From the IMG/VR virus record IMGVR_UViG_3300036770_003657, positions 62,001 to 126,000 of that record: 64,000 nucleotides of DNA. The stretch is one strand, 5' to 3'. Shown piece after piece: positions 1 through 11,128 of this stretch. The position numbers were made by a program, and so were the translations under genes. The notes beneath the pieces were generated by a model. The model was not told the origin of the DNA. It searched no databases and saw only the letters and a list, made by a program, of their open reading frames with translations. The first letter of the stretch is position 1; each line of letters opens with the position of its first letter.

Positions 1-1
1 C

Positions 2-3000
2 ATATTCAAAAAAGTCAGTGATCTCATCAACTACGTTATATTTGTTTTTAAGCTCTATGGCTAATGCTGCTGGACTTAAGCTTATAGCACTAGCTCCTTC
101 AGTATTGATATTATCGATAGGTGTATAATAACTTGGGTCAAATACTGATGATGTAACATGCTCTATTTTAGTTTGATAAAAATTTCTATTATAAAAAACT
201 AAATCACCTACTTTATAATTAGTAAGTTCTTCCCATTCATCATATACATCACGGCCAGAACTCCAGTTTTGTGTTATCCAAAATAAAAATTCTTTAGTAC
301 TTGTTAACCAGTTAGCTACATTTTTAAGTTCAGGAATATAAGTATCAAAAATAAAGCCTTGACTTTTTAGGTATTCACCGTAACCTAATAGAAAATCTAC
401 TACTTCTTGTACATTGTAAATTATAGTTCCATAATTTAACACTAGTGGAATAGGATCAAAAATACTTCTAATATTGGCATCAACACCTCCTACAATAGGC
501 AATTTTGGCAATTTTTGCAGATAATCATAATCTGGATTTGTTGAGCTAGTATGACTAATTTTTACTCTATAATAAAATTCATTTATTTTAACAATATTTC
601 CTGCAATATATCGTTGATTGCTATCCCAAATAATGTAACTTTCACTAATACCACCTACATTTATATCATAACCAGGTTTAGACCAAGGATAATAGTAAAA
701 ATATGGTTGACTAACACTATAACCTTTTATTTCATAGCCTACCCCATATCTAGTTCTAATTTTAGTAATAATAACACCACTATAGAATAATTTTTTAGTA
801 GGTGAACTAGTATTTAGAAAAATTTTATAATTTTCATTAGGTACAAAAACACTGGTTGTAGATTTAATATTTCTACTGTCTAAAATTAAATTATATTTTT
901 CTTTACTACTATATCCACTTAACCTATGACTAATTTTATTAGTTAAATTTTTTAAATTATTTGCGTATTCTGTTAAAAATTGATTTTTATTGTTTACCAA
1001 ATAGTCTACAATATAATTAACTAGGCCGCTGGTTTGAGTTCTTTGTTGAGTTGATCCAGTATTTGGTAGCAATATATCCTTTAGCCTAATGCGTAATCCT
1101 GTATCTTTATATACATTTTGTGCTGCTGAATTTTTTACTATTCTTGATCTGTCATAGTACAGGCTAAAAACCTTGTTAGGAGTCATTAGTATTATTGTTT
1201 TTAACAAACTAAATGGATAATAACTACTACGTCGCCAAGCACTTTCCACTGGACTAATATCACCGAATACATAATTCTTTTCTAATCTAGTATTAAACAA
1301 TCCAGTAGCCAAATTAGCCTGTATAGGATCTAACAAATTGCCATTACTATCTACAGGAATATTATTTAAAACAGGTTTAACAAATCGTTCGTTAACTCTT
1401 ATCCCTTTGTTTGGTTCACGAATAATACCATCTCTTAGGTCATTCCATAATACGTAATTGTCACTGGTATATGGAGCAGGGCCATACACTTCTTTCCACC
1501 ATATAGGCTCCATACTAAAACCTAAACTTTCCCAAGGACAGATATGTATACGATCTGTATCATAATACCATTTATAAACACCTCTCCAAAATCCTGGTAA
1601 AGTGACTAAATCAAAACTTTGTACCTCACTGTAGTTATAGGTAAATGGATTACTTTGTAGATATAATTCCTGTTTAGTATAATCCTGATCAATTAGAGTT
1701 GTCCATTTAAAGAAACTTGTTGATAATATTCTATTAAATTCCTCTTTATTGTATAAACTGGGTCTATTAGATCCTTCTATATAATCGTATATGTCTATTA
1801 GCGTAGGATCGTAATTAATTTTAATATTATTAAAGATTCTTTTTTCAAACTCTAATATTATATCATCTCTAAAGTCGTCAAAAGCTAGTACAATACTACC
1901 ATCATGTCCTTGAATTACTGTACGTGGTTCTAAAAAAGTATCATCTACATACTTTTTTGGTTCGTATTTTGGATAAAGTCCTAAACTGGTAGGTGTAGGT
2001 GGTACAAAGCACCCATCAGTACTATCATATTCATATAAATCAACTAAATCATTTTCTTTTAACGGTGCAAATACTTCAATAAACCCTGTTCTTGTAAATG
2101 TATAGTCCTTACCATAAAGTAAAAGATTATTATTAACATAGATATACACAGCCTTAGGATTTATTTCTTCTAAAGTAAAAATCGAACTTAATGGGAAACT
2201 AGTCTGTACAAATTCTTTAAGTTTAAATTGAGTATGCGTATGTGCAGTATATGCCAACATATCACTAAAATAGTAAGGCATATTAATTGTTTTATTTTCA
2301 TTGATCTTTTTTAACAATTGATCAAGTGCTTGTTTAGGTGTTAGTCCTTCTTCTAAATATTCACTATTAAAAATTATACTCTTTTTAAACTTTGAATAAT
2401 CATTCATACCAGATTCTAATGCTTTTATGATATTAGCATTTTTATCGGTAAGATGGTATAGTGCTAGGTTAAGACTACCACTATGCTGTAAAAACTTTAA
2501 CCCCTTAGTACTTAACTGGCCTATATCTCTTAGATTACTTGATCCAGGGTAAGTTCCTACAAAATTATCCACATTATCAACTATACTGTCAACATGATCT
2601 ATGACTTCACCTAGTGTAAATGTTTCAATGTTTTCATTTAGAGGATTATTTTGAAAGTTTACTGGGAATTCATAATATCCTATAGAATTTTTTGGCTTTT
2701 TAGTATAGCATTTTATAGTAACAATATCGTTTATATCAATATCATTCTGTAATCCGATATGTTTATATATTACTCCATTATATATTTCATATTGGCGTTC
2801 GTCTAATCTTTTATCGTTAATATAAACTTTTACTCTTAAATCATCTAAATCATTATAATCATCAAATATGTCTAATGCAAAATCATTAAGAACTAAAGAT
2901 TTTATATCATTTTGTACTTTATATTCTTGTTTATAAATTCTAACAATAGGTTGAACATTTGCTAGATTATTTTTTATCCATCCATTAACTAATCTTTTTT

Positions 3001-5245
3001 CCTGTTGTGGAGTATAATGTTCTAAGTATTTGTTTGACAATATGTCACTGATAATTTTTGTACCATCTTTATATTTAAAATCTTCATTGGTTAAATTAAA
3101 ATCAAAAACAATATCGCCAATATTATTGATATTTCTATAAGTTAAACTGAATCCTAGCTCACTGTCAATGCTGGCATTACCTATTTTATAAGAAAATAGT
3201 TTATTTCCTTTAAATGTACTACCTTCATATTTGCTTAAATTACTTAGGCTAACTTTTTCTTCATCAAATATATCATATAATGGACACTGATTCAAACCGC
3301 TTTTATATTGGCCTAATTGCCAAGTAGATCCATTGAACCAAAACATCTGTCCACCTAATATGTTACCAGCTAATACTAACACAGTTTGATCTAATTCAGG
3401 TTCAGTATCTGGTTCTTCAGCCAAATGTATTCTTCTATAAGTTCGTTGTAAATCCTCATCAAATATATCTAAAAATTCAACACGGAATACTTTATTTTTT
3501 ACCCTAGGATCAGTGTCAGCAGTGAATATTACTCTATGTCCATTGACTAACTCTACACCATCAATAATATATCCTAAAGCTCCTTCAACAATACTAAAAA
3601 CATCCTTAGTAAAATCATCTAATAAATCAATATTTGCCTTACTGTGATTACCAAAATTGAACAATCTTATATTAGGATTAAATTCTATAATTGGCCTCTT
3701 AGCTCTTTTATCCTGATCAAAAACTGCTAATTTTCCTAATGCACGAGCAGTTTGTTCAATAACTTCTTTATGAAACCATCGATTATATCTACTCCAAGGA
3801 TTACGATCAAGACTAGATCTATTAATTAGGATATAATCTTTATCTAATGCTGCATAATTTATATTATTAAAGGCTAACTGATCGAATCCATTACTATCAA
3901 AATTAACATCTACATTATATGCTATATCATTAACTACTTCTAGTGTGGCTACATCAACTAATATTATACTTTCACCTACACCTTCAACATAAAACTCTTT
4001 ATCTCTATAAAATTTTGGTGTAACTAATCCTCTAAATTTTATTTTCATACCATTTGATAGTGTAACACCATTTGATGTGTAACTTTTTTTACCTATAACT
4101 TCACTCTCTACATCAATACTGGTATTTTCTTCAATATCAAAAATCTTAATCATTCCTGATGTATCTGGATTATCATCACTAACATAGTATAATACATCAG
4201 GTGCATTAACACTGACTGTGAATTCTAGTACACCATTTTTAATATTAAAGTTTTTACTGGGTACAAGCTTATCATTAATACGATCAAATATTTTTATACC
4301 GTCTAGATATCTAAACTCGTCATTATCTTTTAGAATAAAAAAATCTAATATTACTATATCATTTTCTTCTATGTTGTTTTCTAATAATAATACATTCTTT
4401 TTATCTTCATTCAGATAAAAAGTAAATTTATTTTGTTCAACTTTTTCACCATTAATATAAACTTCGCTTAATAATGTGTTTATATCATCATTACTACTTA
4501 AAATTTCTACAGTAAAGTTATTGACACCGTGTTGGGTATAATTAAAACTTTGACTACCTTTAAATTCGGGTGTTCGACTAGCAGTTCTATTAGTTCTTAT
4601 TGATAAGGGATGTTCTGGTACATTGATTTCAAACCTATATGTTTCACCTCTGTACAGACGTAGATCAGGATTTCTAGTCAATGCGTCTGGAGTGAACAAA
4701 TAAGCAAAATTATCACCTTCGTCAACTAGTTCTATATTATATGTACTAATAATATCTAATGTTTTTGTACCACTAATAGGTACAGTATCAGGCCCATACG
4801 GTAACCAATAGTATTGTAAATAGTTGACAAATTTATCCCAATTTATGTGAGGATCCCAACTATAAAACTCTTGTTGATTTAATCTTTCATGATTATTGTT
4901 TATACCACCTAATACGTCTATAGTATTAATATAATCAATGTAATCTTTAAAAAATGTTGTATTGCCTAAATTATCCTCAGCTATTAAACAAGGTTCTAAC
5001 TGATAGTTTGCTCGATCATCACTAACTTCACTTAAAAATATATCACTGGCCTTAGATGCTTTACTATTTTTTCTTCCAATAAAACCGTTTAGACGTTGGG
5101 CTGTACCTCGTTGTATTAGATTATCAATAGTACCTGCTAGAAACTTTTGGTTAGCATCAGTACGATAAAATCTAGGAAGAAACCTTGACGCTTTTCTTTT
5201 TTCATCTTTATCTAAAGGTACTGGGTATTCGTTCTGCTCAGACAT
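2..5245 (-). CDS. Very large baseplate wedge/structural protein (gp7-like position), truncated at the left edge of the window
   Basis: Not in the ORF track because its stop lies outside the window. The ATG at 5245-5243 overlaps the upstream TGA (TGATG) and reads MSEQNEYPVPLDKDEKRKASRFLPRFYRTDANQKFLAGTIDNL. The frame is also sense at the window edge; I did not check every internal codon. It follows gp6. Confidence 0.75.
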   Translation of the reverse strand, partial: MSEQNEYPVPLDKDEKRKASRFLPRFYRTDANQKFLAGTIDNLIQRGTAQRLNGFIGRKNSKASKASDIFLSEVSDDRANYQLEPCLIAEDNLGNTTFFKDYIDYINTIDVLGGINNNHERLNQQEFYSWDPHINWDKFVNYLQYYWLPYGPDTVPISGTKTLDIISTYNIELVDEGDNFAYLFTPDALTRNPDLRLYRGETYRFEINVPEHPLSIRTNRTASRTPEFKGSQSFNYTQHGVNNFTVEILSSNDDINTLLSEVYINGEKVEQNKFTFYLNEDKKNVLLLENNIEENDIVILDFFILKDNDEFRYLDGIKIFDRINDKLVPSKNFNIKNGVLEFTVSVNAPDVLYYVSDDNPDTSGMIKIFDIEENTSIDVESEVIGKKSYTSNGVTLSNGMKIKFRGLVTPKFYRDKEFYVEGVGESIILVDVATLEVVNDIAYNVDVNFDSNGFDQLAFNNINYAALDKDYILINRSSLDRNPWSRYNRWFHKEVIEQTARALGKLAVFDQDKRAKRPIIEFNPNIRLFNFGNHSKANIDLLDDFTKDVFSIVEGALGYIIDGVELVNGHRVIFTADTDPRVKNKVFRVEFLDIFDEDLQRTYRRIHLAEEPDTEPELDQTVLVLAGNILGGQMFWFNGSTWQLGQYKSGLNQCPLYDIFDEEKVSLSNLSKYEGSTFKGNKLFSYKIGNASIDSELGFSLTYRNINNIGDIVFDFNLTNEDFKYKDGTKIISDILSNKYLEHYTPQQEKRLVNGWIKNNLANVQPIVRIYKQEYKVQNDIKSLVLNDFALDIFDDYNDLDDLRVKVYINDKRLDERQYEIYNGVIYKHIGLQNDIDINDIVTIKCYTKKPKNSIGYYEFPVNFQNNPLNENIETFTLGEVIDHVDSIVDNVDNFVGTYPGSSNLRDIGQLSTKGLKFLQHSGSLNLALYHLTDKNANIIKALESGMNDYSKFKKSIIFNSEYLEEGLTPKQALDQLLKKINENKTINMPYYFSDMLAYTAHTHTQFKLKEFVQTSFPLSSIFTLEEINPKAVYIYVNNNLLLYGKDYTFTRTGFIEVFAPLKENDLVDLYEYDSTDGCFVPPTPTSLGLYPKYEPKKYVDDTFLEPRTVIQGHDGSIVLAFDDFRDDIILEFEKRIFNNIKINYDPTLIDIYDYIEGSNRPSLYNKEEFNRILSTSFFKWTTLIDQDYTKQELYLQSNPFTYNYSEVQSFDLVTLPGFWRGVYKWYYDTDRIHICPWESLGFSMEPIWWKEVYGPAPYTSDNYVLWNDLRDGIIREPNKGIRVNERFVKPVLNNIPVDSNGNLLDPIQANLATGLFNTRLEKNYVFGDISPVESAWRRSSYYPFSLLKTIILMTPNKVFSLYYDRSRIVKNSAAQNVYKDTGLRIRLKDILLPNTGSTQQRTQTSGLVNYIVDYLVNNKNQFLTEYANNLKNLTNKISHRLSGYSSKEKYNLILDSRNIKSTTSVFVPNENYKIFLNTSSPTKKLFYSGVIITKIRTRYGVGYEIKGYSVSQPYFYYYPWSKPGYDINVGGISESYIIWDSNQRYIAGNIVKINEFYYRVKISHTSSTNPDYDYLQKLPKLPIVGGVDANIRSIFDPIPLVLNYGTIIYNVQEVVDFLLGYGEYLKSQGFIFDTYIPELKNVANWLTSTKEFLFWITQNWSSGRDVYDEWEELTNYKVGDLVFYNRNFYQTKIEHVTSSVFDPSYYTPIDNINTEGASAISLSPAALAIELKNKYNVVDEITDFFEY

Positions 5246-8200
5246 CAATTAAATCCTGTTTTACTGATAATATACTGCTGTGATACAATATTACTTGATA
5301 ACTCTATACTACCATCAGCATTTAATATACTAGATGTAATACTATCTACTACTTCTAAATCTTCACTGGTTGCACCATTGATGAATATTTGATCAGTTTC
5401 TGCTTTTATTTCAAATAAACTACCAAAAGACAAATTTTCCATCCTAGGAACAATTAGTATATTAGCTAAAAATGGTGCAGTCCTATTCATTATATAGGCT
5501 ACTAGTTCGCTGAAATAAAAACTATCACCAAAATCCCAATTATCCAAGCTGAAAAATTCATTCATAGCCTGTAAAACTCTTGATTTTATATCATTATCAC
5601 TGATAATTTGTTCTGGATTTTTTATAATTTTAAAACTAGCACGTAGACTGGGTATAGCCTTAGATCCAAAAAGCACTTTATACTTTACTGGATGATAAAT
5701 TACCTCATCACTTATAGCTTTTATTTGATTTAATTCTTCACTTAATATAAAACTTAGTTCATCTGTACTAGGTGGTAATGGTTCATCATCAATACTACCT
5801 AACAACCATAGTCTAAAATTGATATCATATTGTTTGGTTAATACATAAAGATCCATTAAATTAGTTTGACCTGGATCAATTCTTGCTTCATAATCTGCAC
5901 TATGTACATATTGGAATTTTAAATTGCTACGACCTTGAAAAACTTTATAATCTAAACTAACTTCCCATTTTGTTGTTAAAATATTATATCTAAATAACGT
6001 GCTAAGATCATAATCATAAACATATTTTCCATCTATGTAATAAGATTGACTTGCAGAGTTTAAGTTTTGTATTACTGTTACGAGTTCATTACCATCACTA
6101 CCAGTATTTTCAGTGTAAAAATAATCATATTGCCCAGTTCTTGTTTCAAATTTTTGCAATACAATAAAATTATTAAAATTCACTGCACCTGATGCATATG
6201 TTGGACTTACTATTAAATTAAAAATATCTGGATCATCCACTATATCATCATCATTGGTGTCTTTAAAAGTAACTTCTATTTTTTTAGTATCTACATATCC
6301 GTCTGATCCAATAAACTCATTAGTTACTTCCCATTCTATATCGTAGTTTAGACTACCATCATTGTTTGGTTTTGAATTTATATCCAGTATACTGATTCTA
6401 TCTTTGATTACTGTATTAGTTTTTGTGTCATATACTTTATTTGTTTTATCAAAATAAAATCTAATCTTTTTATCACTTTCAAAAATATATCTAGTATTTC
6501 TAGATTTTACTGTATAAAATTCTGTATCTGTTGTAAATGATATTAGCCAGCTACTATCTAATTTTTGGTTTGATATATCACCTGATCTAGATATACTGAA
6601 TGGGTCTTTTAAATTAAGATTTACTTCAAATATAATTTGCCAAGTTTTTAATTCTATGTCATAGCGTAAACCAAATGGTTTATTTGAAAAAATTAATTCA
6701 TTTATAGTAGTAATTGTGTTACTATCTAAGTTAGTTCTCCAAATTGGTATAATTTCTTCTAGTATAGCATCTGTAGGTATTTTTTCATTTATGCTTATAC
6801 TTCCAGTACCATCTTCTAATGTTTCAGTTAAACCGTTATTAGTAATACTGATTAGTTTTACCCATATATACTTTGTTGTATTTTTTAAGTTATTAGTTTC
6901 GTTTTCTAGTCTATTATTTCTTGTTCGATTAAACACTTTACCTGTAGGTGCTATAAATTTTAACATAGCACCTGGCTCTAAATACCTTAAAGTAGTATTG
7001 ACATTATACCCTTCAATAACACCCAGTGTATTTTTAAAATGTCCTGTACATAAATTAGTGATTTGAGTTTTATTGACCCAACTTATCTGAGTACTGGCTT
7101 CATTAGTTACAGTTTTTCTACCAAATTTGTAATAGTAATAATTTCTTATATTAGTAGTTTTTAAGTAAGGAATTATTTGATTTAGAATAATTGATTGAAT
7201 ATCTATTCTATTCCTATAACTAAACCTAAAACTATCCTCATATTCTTCTTGATAAATTACGCCGTCATCACTAAAAAGATTTGTACTACTATATTTTCCA
7301 GTAGGATCAATTAAGTCAAAATACCTACTAATTCCACTACTAGTTCTATTAATAGTTTTGATTTTTAATACATCTTGATCTATACTTAAAGGACTAATAT
7401 TATAGTCCTCAGCAGTTATCATTCTATTTTGAGTATAATATGTAGCTGGAGCATTGGCTTTAATTGAATTATCACTCTCTGTTTCACTGCTATTGGCTAC
7501 ACTAGTCTGTAAGCTCATAGACAAACTTAGAATTTCTAATTTTCCTTTATTGCTCAGATAAGTTAAATCCATAGATATATTACGCATATCTTTTGGATTT
7601 ATTGTATAACTTAGGCCATTACTTACTCTATAATATACTCTAAATGTGCCTACAGGTAAATTACCAAAAACACCATCACCAAATACTAGGCTAACACGAT
7701 CATTTGTTCTAGTCACAATATTGTATATGTTTTTTATATTCTTTTTTACGCTATTGTAAATTATATTATTTGCTTCAAAATTTGGAACACGCTGCCAAAA
7801 TTCACTTTCTGCACCATTAGCATTTAGTTTATACAACCATAAATCTGTATCATTTATATTAGTAGCATCAATATCTATACTTTCATTTGTAGTTGGCTGA
7901 GTTAATGTAAAACTACCAGTGTTTAGTCCACCTTGTCTAAAATGACTAAAGAAACCTGTGGTATTACTGGCTGCTCCTCTACCATCATCTCTATAGATAA
8001 AGCTTAATCTACGTGCTGCTAGGGGAGGTTCTTCAACTATACTAGAACCATCAATACCAGTACTGACTACTTCAAAATTCATATTACGACCATCTACTAG
8101 TTTATTAAAACTGTAGATAGGCACAGTATTACTAACTGTTTGAAACCTATACTGCTGGGTAGGAATATCAGATACTTCACTACTTTTTTCTGGAGTACCA

Positions 8201-8709
8201 AATTGACTGGTCATGGGTAGAGCAGCATTAACCACTCGTATAAATTGATCTAACCAATTAGCATTACTGGGATCATTCCATAAAATTTCTACATTACTTA
8301 AATTTCTACCATTACTATCTATAATATCCTCAGTTGTACTTATTGTATCCCATTTGAGTAACCCATTAGCAGTTTTATTACGTTTACTATTATAACTTAA
8401 TGTACGTGCTAGTCTTAGTATGCTTTCTCTGCGTTCTGCTAGTTCTAAAAAGTTTTCTCTAGCATTTAAATCAACTCTAAAAGCAAAACTTTGACCTAAG
8501 AAAGCAATCATATCAATTAAGGCAATATATTCACTGCTTTCAATATAATCGTTAAAATCTTCAGGATAGTTCTCACGTAGGTAATTAATCATTACTCTAC
8601 GTAAATTTTCAAAATCATAGCTGGCAAAATCAGCATTTTTGAAGCTTTGATAAAGTCTTCTCCAATCTTCAGCTACTAGTAATCTATTTTGTCTATCGGT
8701 GGATGACAT
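5245..8709 (-). CDS. gp6: Baseplate wedge subunit, T4 gp6-like
   Basis: 1154 aa. The N-terminal DFENLRRVMINYLRENYPEDFNDYIESSEYIALIDMIAFLG and the later TQNRMITAEDY match gp6/baseplate-J motifs. Adjacent to gp25. Confidence 0.85.
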   Translation of the reverse strand: MSSTDRQNRLLVAEDWRRLYQSFKNADFASYDFENLRRVMINYLRENYPEDFNDYIESSEYIALIDMIAFLGQSFAFRVDLNARENFLELAERRESILRLARTLSYNSKRNKTANGLLKWDTISTTEDIIDSNGRNLSNVEILWNDPSNANWLDQFIRVVNAALPMTSQFGTPEKSSEVSDIPTQQYRFQTVSNTVPIYSFNKLVDGRNMNFEVVSTGIDGSSIVEEPPLAARRLSFIYRDDGRGAASNTTGFFSHFRQGGLNTGSFTLTQPTTNESIDIDATNINDTDLWLYKLNANGAESEFWQRVPNFEANNIIYNSVKKNIKNIYNIVTRTNDRVSLVFGDGVFGNLPVGTFRVYYRVSNGLSYTINPKDMRNISMDLTYLSNKGKLEILSLSMSLQTSVANSSETESDNSIKANAPATYYTQNRMITAEDYNISPLSIDQDVLKIKTINRTSSGISRYFDLIDPTGKYSSTNLFSDDGVIYQEEYEDSFRFSYRNRIDIQSIILNQIIPYLKTTNIRNYYYYKFGRKTVTNEASTQISWVNKTQITNLCTGHFKNTLGVIEGYNVNTTLRYLEPGAMLKFIAPTGKVFNRTRNNRLENETNNLKNTTKYIWVKLISITNNGLTETLEDGTGSISINEKIPTDAILEEIIPIWRTNLDSNTITTINELIFSNKPFGLRYDIELKTWQIIFEVNLNLKDPFSISRSGDISNQKLDSSWLISFTTDTEFYTVKSRNTRYIFESDKKIRFYFDKTNKVYDTKTNTVIKDRISILDINSKPNNDGSLNYDIEWEVTNEFIGSDGYVDTKKIEVTFKDTNDDDIVDDPDIFNLIVSPTYASGAVNFNNFIVLQKFETRTGQYDYFYTENTGSDGNELVTVIQNLNSASQSYYIDGKYVYDYDLSTLFRYNILTTKWEVSLDYKVFQGRSNLKFQYVHSADYEARIDPGQTNLMDLYVLTKQYDINFRLWLLGSIDDEPLPPSTDELSFILSEELNQIKAISDEVIYHPVKYKVLFGSKAIPSLRASFKIIKNPEQIISDNDIKSRVLQAMNEFFSLDNWDFGDSFYFSELVAYIMNRTAPFLANILIVPRMENLSFGSLFEIKAETDQIFINGATSEDLEVVDSITSSILNADGSIELSSNIVSQQYIISKTGFN

Positions 8710-8726
8710 AACCTATCCTTATTCTA

Positions 8727-8733
8727 TATTTAG
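8727..8733 (-). promoter_or_regulatory. Late promoter motif CTAAATA upstream of gp6
   Basis: TAAATA core on the minus strand, 17 nt upstream of the ATG at 8709. The same core recurs before other structural genes. Confidence 0.65.
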
Positions 8734-8735
8734 TT

Positions 8736-8762
8736 TAGGTTAAAATGTGCTATTTTAACCTA
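8736..8762. other. 11-bp perfect inverted repeat between gp25 and gp6
   Basis: TAGGTTAAAAT-gtgct-ATTTTAACCTA. It overlaps the gp25 stop and has no clear U-tract. Confidence 0.6.
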
Positions 8763-9195
8763 TCAATCCTGCGCTTTGATCAAATCTAAATTGTAAACGT
8801 TCGCTGATATTATATGGTAGATAAGTTAGTTCACATTCAATTTGTAGTCCTGTACTATATGAATTAACAATTACACTTTCTGCCCTAATTCTTGGATCAT
8901 AATTTATAATTTTTTCTACATCTGCAAGCACTAATCTTCTAATATCATCAGTCATTGGTTCAAAAATTACATCCCAAATAATAGTGCCAAATGTTGGGTC
9001 GTTTAATTTCTCCCCTTGTCTAATATGAAAATGATTCAATAAGTCCTGTTTTATTAGGCTAAAATCATATAGAGTAAAGTTTTCACTATCCTCACTTACT
9101 GTACTAAATCCTCTATAAGTTCGTGGTAAAGGTGGTCTGTCCAATTGTTTTGGACCTTTTACCACAGTGTTTTGATATAGTTTTTCTAGGCTCAT
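8755..9195 (-). CDS. gp25: Baseplate wedge subunit, gp25-like
   Basis: 146 aa with IKQDLLNHFHIRQGEKLNDPTFGTIIWDVIFEP and INYDPRI, typical of gp25/GPW. Confidence 0.9.
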   Translation of the reverse strand: MSLEKLYQNTVVKGPKQLDRPPLPRTYRGFSTVSEDSENFTLYDFSLIKQDLLNHFHIRQGEKLNDPTFGTIIWDVIFEPMTDDIRRLVLADVEKIINYDPRIRAESVIVNSYSTGLQIECELTYLPYNISERLQFRFDQSAGLIG

Positions 9196-11120
9196 TTTTT
9201 AACCTTTTTAAATGTATCGTGCTTGGTAGTATATTTTTTCCAAAATTTTGGTGGAGGTCTGAGATCTTCTGTTGGAGTATCATTATTTGCTGGATGATAC
9301 CTATCATGCACGTCACGATCTAACCCAGGAAATTCATCATTTTTTACTGGCTTAAACTGTTTAGGTTCTAAACTTTCATGATGAGGATATGGTTCTGGAG
9401 TAGGTACTCGTCGTAATATACTAATTAAATCTATGGGGTCATCCTTAATATTTGGTACTGTAAAATCAGGAAGTTTATGAGTTTTTAAATATAATGGTAT
9501 TGTAGACTTTGCAGTAATTCTTGCTTCTTCTGATGTTTCAGCTGTAGCTGCTGTAGGACCATTCATATGAATAACTCCTGCTGTTTCAATAATTGCAGGA
9601 CCAGCTTTAGTTTCATTATTACCACCACTAGTTGTATAGACATGCCCTGTAACATTAATGTCTAAATTTCCTGTAATAGTTGTTCGTTGATCAATAAAAA
9701 AGTTTAAATCTACTCTGTTAGGAGTTGCTCCATTAACATCCTCAACTGGACTACTTGTATCTTCATCTGTGCTGCTAGGATCTTCGGGATCTTGTCTTGT
9801 AGAATCCCAAGGAGCAAATTTAGCACCACTAGCTCCATTACCTGCTGTTACACTAACACCATTTGCTATACGCACATCTAATCTTCCATCTATATTATGG
9901 GCATAATCAGTAGCATAATATTTTTTTACATCAGATTTTACAGTTTGTCTATATTCTTCTTCTATAGTCTCATCTTTACGACGCTTAATGTGTATTTTTT
10001 GATCTCTATCAATAATTAGATTATGATCCTTTTTTATATTTGTGTGCATTTCACCATGAACTTTAGTATTAAAATTACGACCAACTTCTAGATTGAAATC
10101 TCTATCACAATAAAAATTAAAATCTTTTTTTGTTCTAATATTAATACTGTCGGCACAAAATATATCCATTTTACCATCACTGGTTAATTCTATCCAAGCT
10201 GTGCCACGAGCATTACCTATATAAATTAAATCTTCAGTATTATGTAAAAGTATTTGATGACCAGTACGTGTACGTAATCTTATTAACTCGTTATGTAGTA
10301 ATGTTCTATCACCATTAAGTTCACCATCTTCTACAGCAGCATAATCAGGTGGACCTTCGCTGGCATTCTTAATGCGTAGAAATTTATCATCACCATCATC
10401 CATAACAAAACTACTACCGCCTAATCTACTAATTGGATATTTGGTAATTTCCCATTCATGTTTGCCCATTTTATGCCTAGGGCCATCTTTATCTACTGGT
10501 CCAGGTGTGCTAACACCAAACACTGAGCTGGGCCATTCTCTGCGGGCACTGCTGGTAGTAATGCCTCTAATATCATCTTTTAAAGTGCCTTGATCTCTAT
10601 ATATTTCTGTAAAAGGATGTTGTGGTTTTTTAATCTGTGTTGCATCTTTGGTAATGTTTAACTGTGCTTTTTTATTATATTCTGCAACCACTACTCTTTT
10701 TTCTATTCCATCTTCATGAATTTCAGTAGCAGCATATCCTGGCACCATAAAATTCATATTTTTGTCTTGTAAACATCCTATATAAAACCCGTGTGTGGGA
10801 TCACCATCTAGGAAAAAACATACTACAGTGGTTCCTACATCAGGTGGTATAGCCCAAAAACCATAACTTTTCTGTGTACCATCATATTCATTTACTTTGC
10901 TATTAAATTCTTCCCCAGTGACTCCCATAAAAGGGCTAATATAACGAACTGTGGCTAATTGTCCAGTACGTTTGCGGTCATTACCAACTTGTCTTAGTTT
11001 TTCTACTTGTAAAGTACCCATATAGTCAGGATCTAAATGACTGACTACTAGAGCCAGTATCATTCCATCTTCTCTACTTCCTGGGTCTGCCTCTTGGCTA
11101 GACCTATTCATTTCACTCAT
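9192..11120 (-). CDS. Baseplate hub/central spike, gp5/VgrG-like, with no lysozyme domain seen
   Basis: 642 aa. N-terminal OB-fold-like segment (LDPDYMGTLQV...WAIPPDVGTTVVCFF), RLRTRTGHQILLH, and beta-helix-like spike repeats (VGRNFNTKVHGEMHTNIKKD). Confidence 0.75.
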   Translation of the reverse strand: MSEMNRSSQEADPGSREDGMILALVVSHLDPDYMGTLQVEKLRQVGNDRKRTGQLATVRYISPFMGVTGEEFNSKVNEYDGTQKSYGFWAIPPDVGTTVVCFFLDGDPTHGFYIGCLQDKNMNFMVPGYAATEIHEDGIEKRVVVAEYNKKAQLNITKDATQIKKPQHPFTEIYRDQGTLKDDIRGITTSSARREWPSSVFGVSTPGPVDKDGPRHKMGKHEWEITKYPISRLGGSSFVMDDGDDKFLRIKNASEGPPDYAAVEDGELNGDRTLLHNELIRLRTRTGHQILLHNTEDLIYIGNARGTAWIELTSDGKMDIFCADSINIRTKKDFNFYCDRDFNLEVGRNFNTKVHGEMHTNIKKDHNLIIDRDQKIHIKRRKDETIEEEYRQTVKSDVKKYYATDYAHNIDGRLDVRIANGVSVTAGNGASGAKFAPWDSTRQDPEDPSSTDEDTSSPVEDVNGATPNRVDLNFFIDQRTTITGNLDINVTGHVYTTSGGNNETKAGPAIIETAGVIHMNGPTAATAETSEEARITAKSTIPLYLKTHKLPDFTVPNIKDDPIDLISILRRVPTPEPYPHHESLEPKQFKPVKNDEFPGLDRDVHDRYHPANNDTPTEDLRPPPKFWKKYTTKHDTFKKVKK

Positions 11121-11128
11121 ATTTCTAC

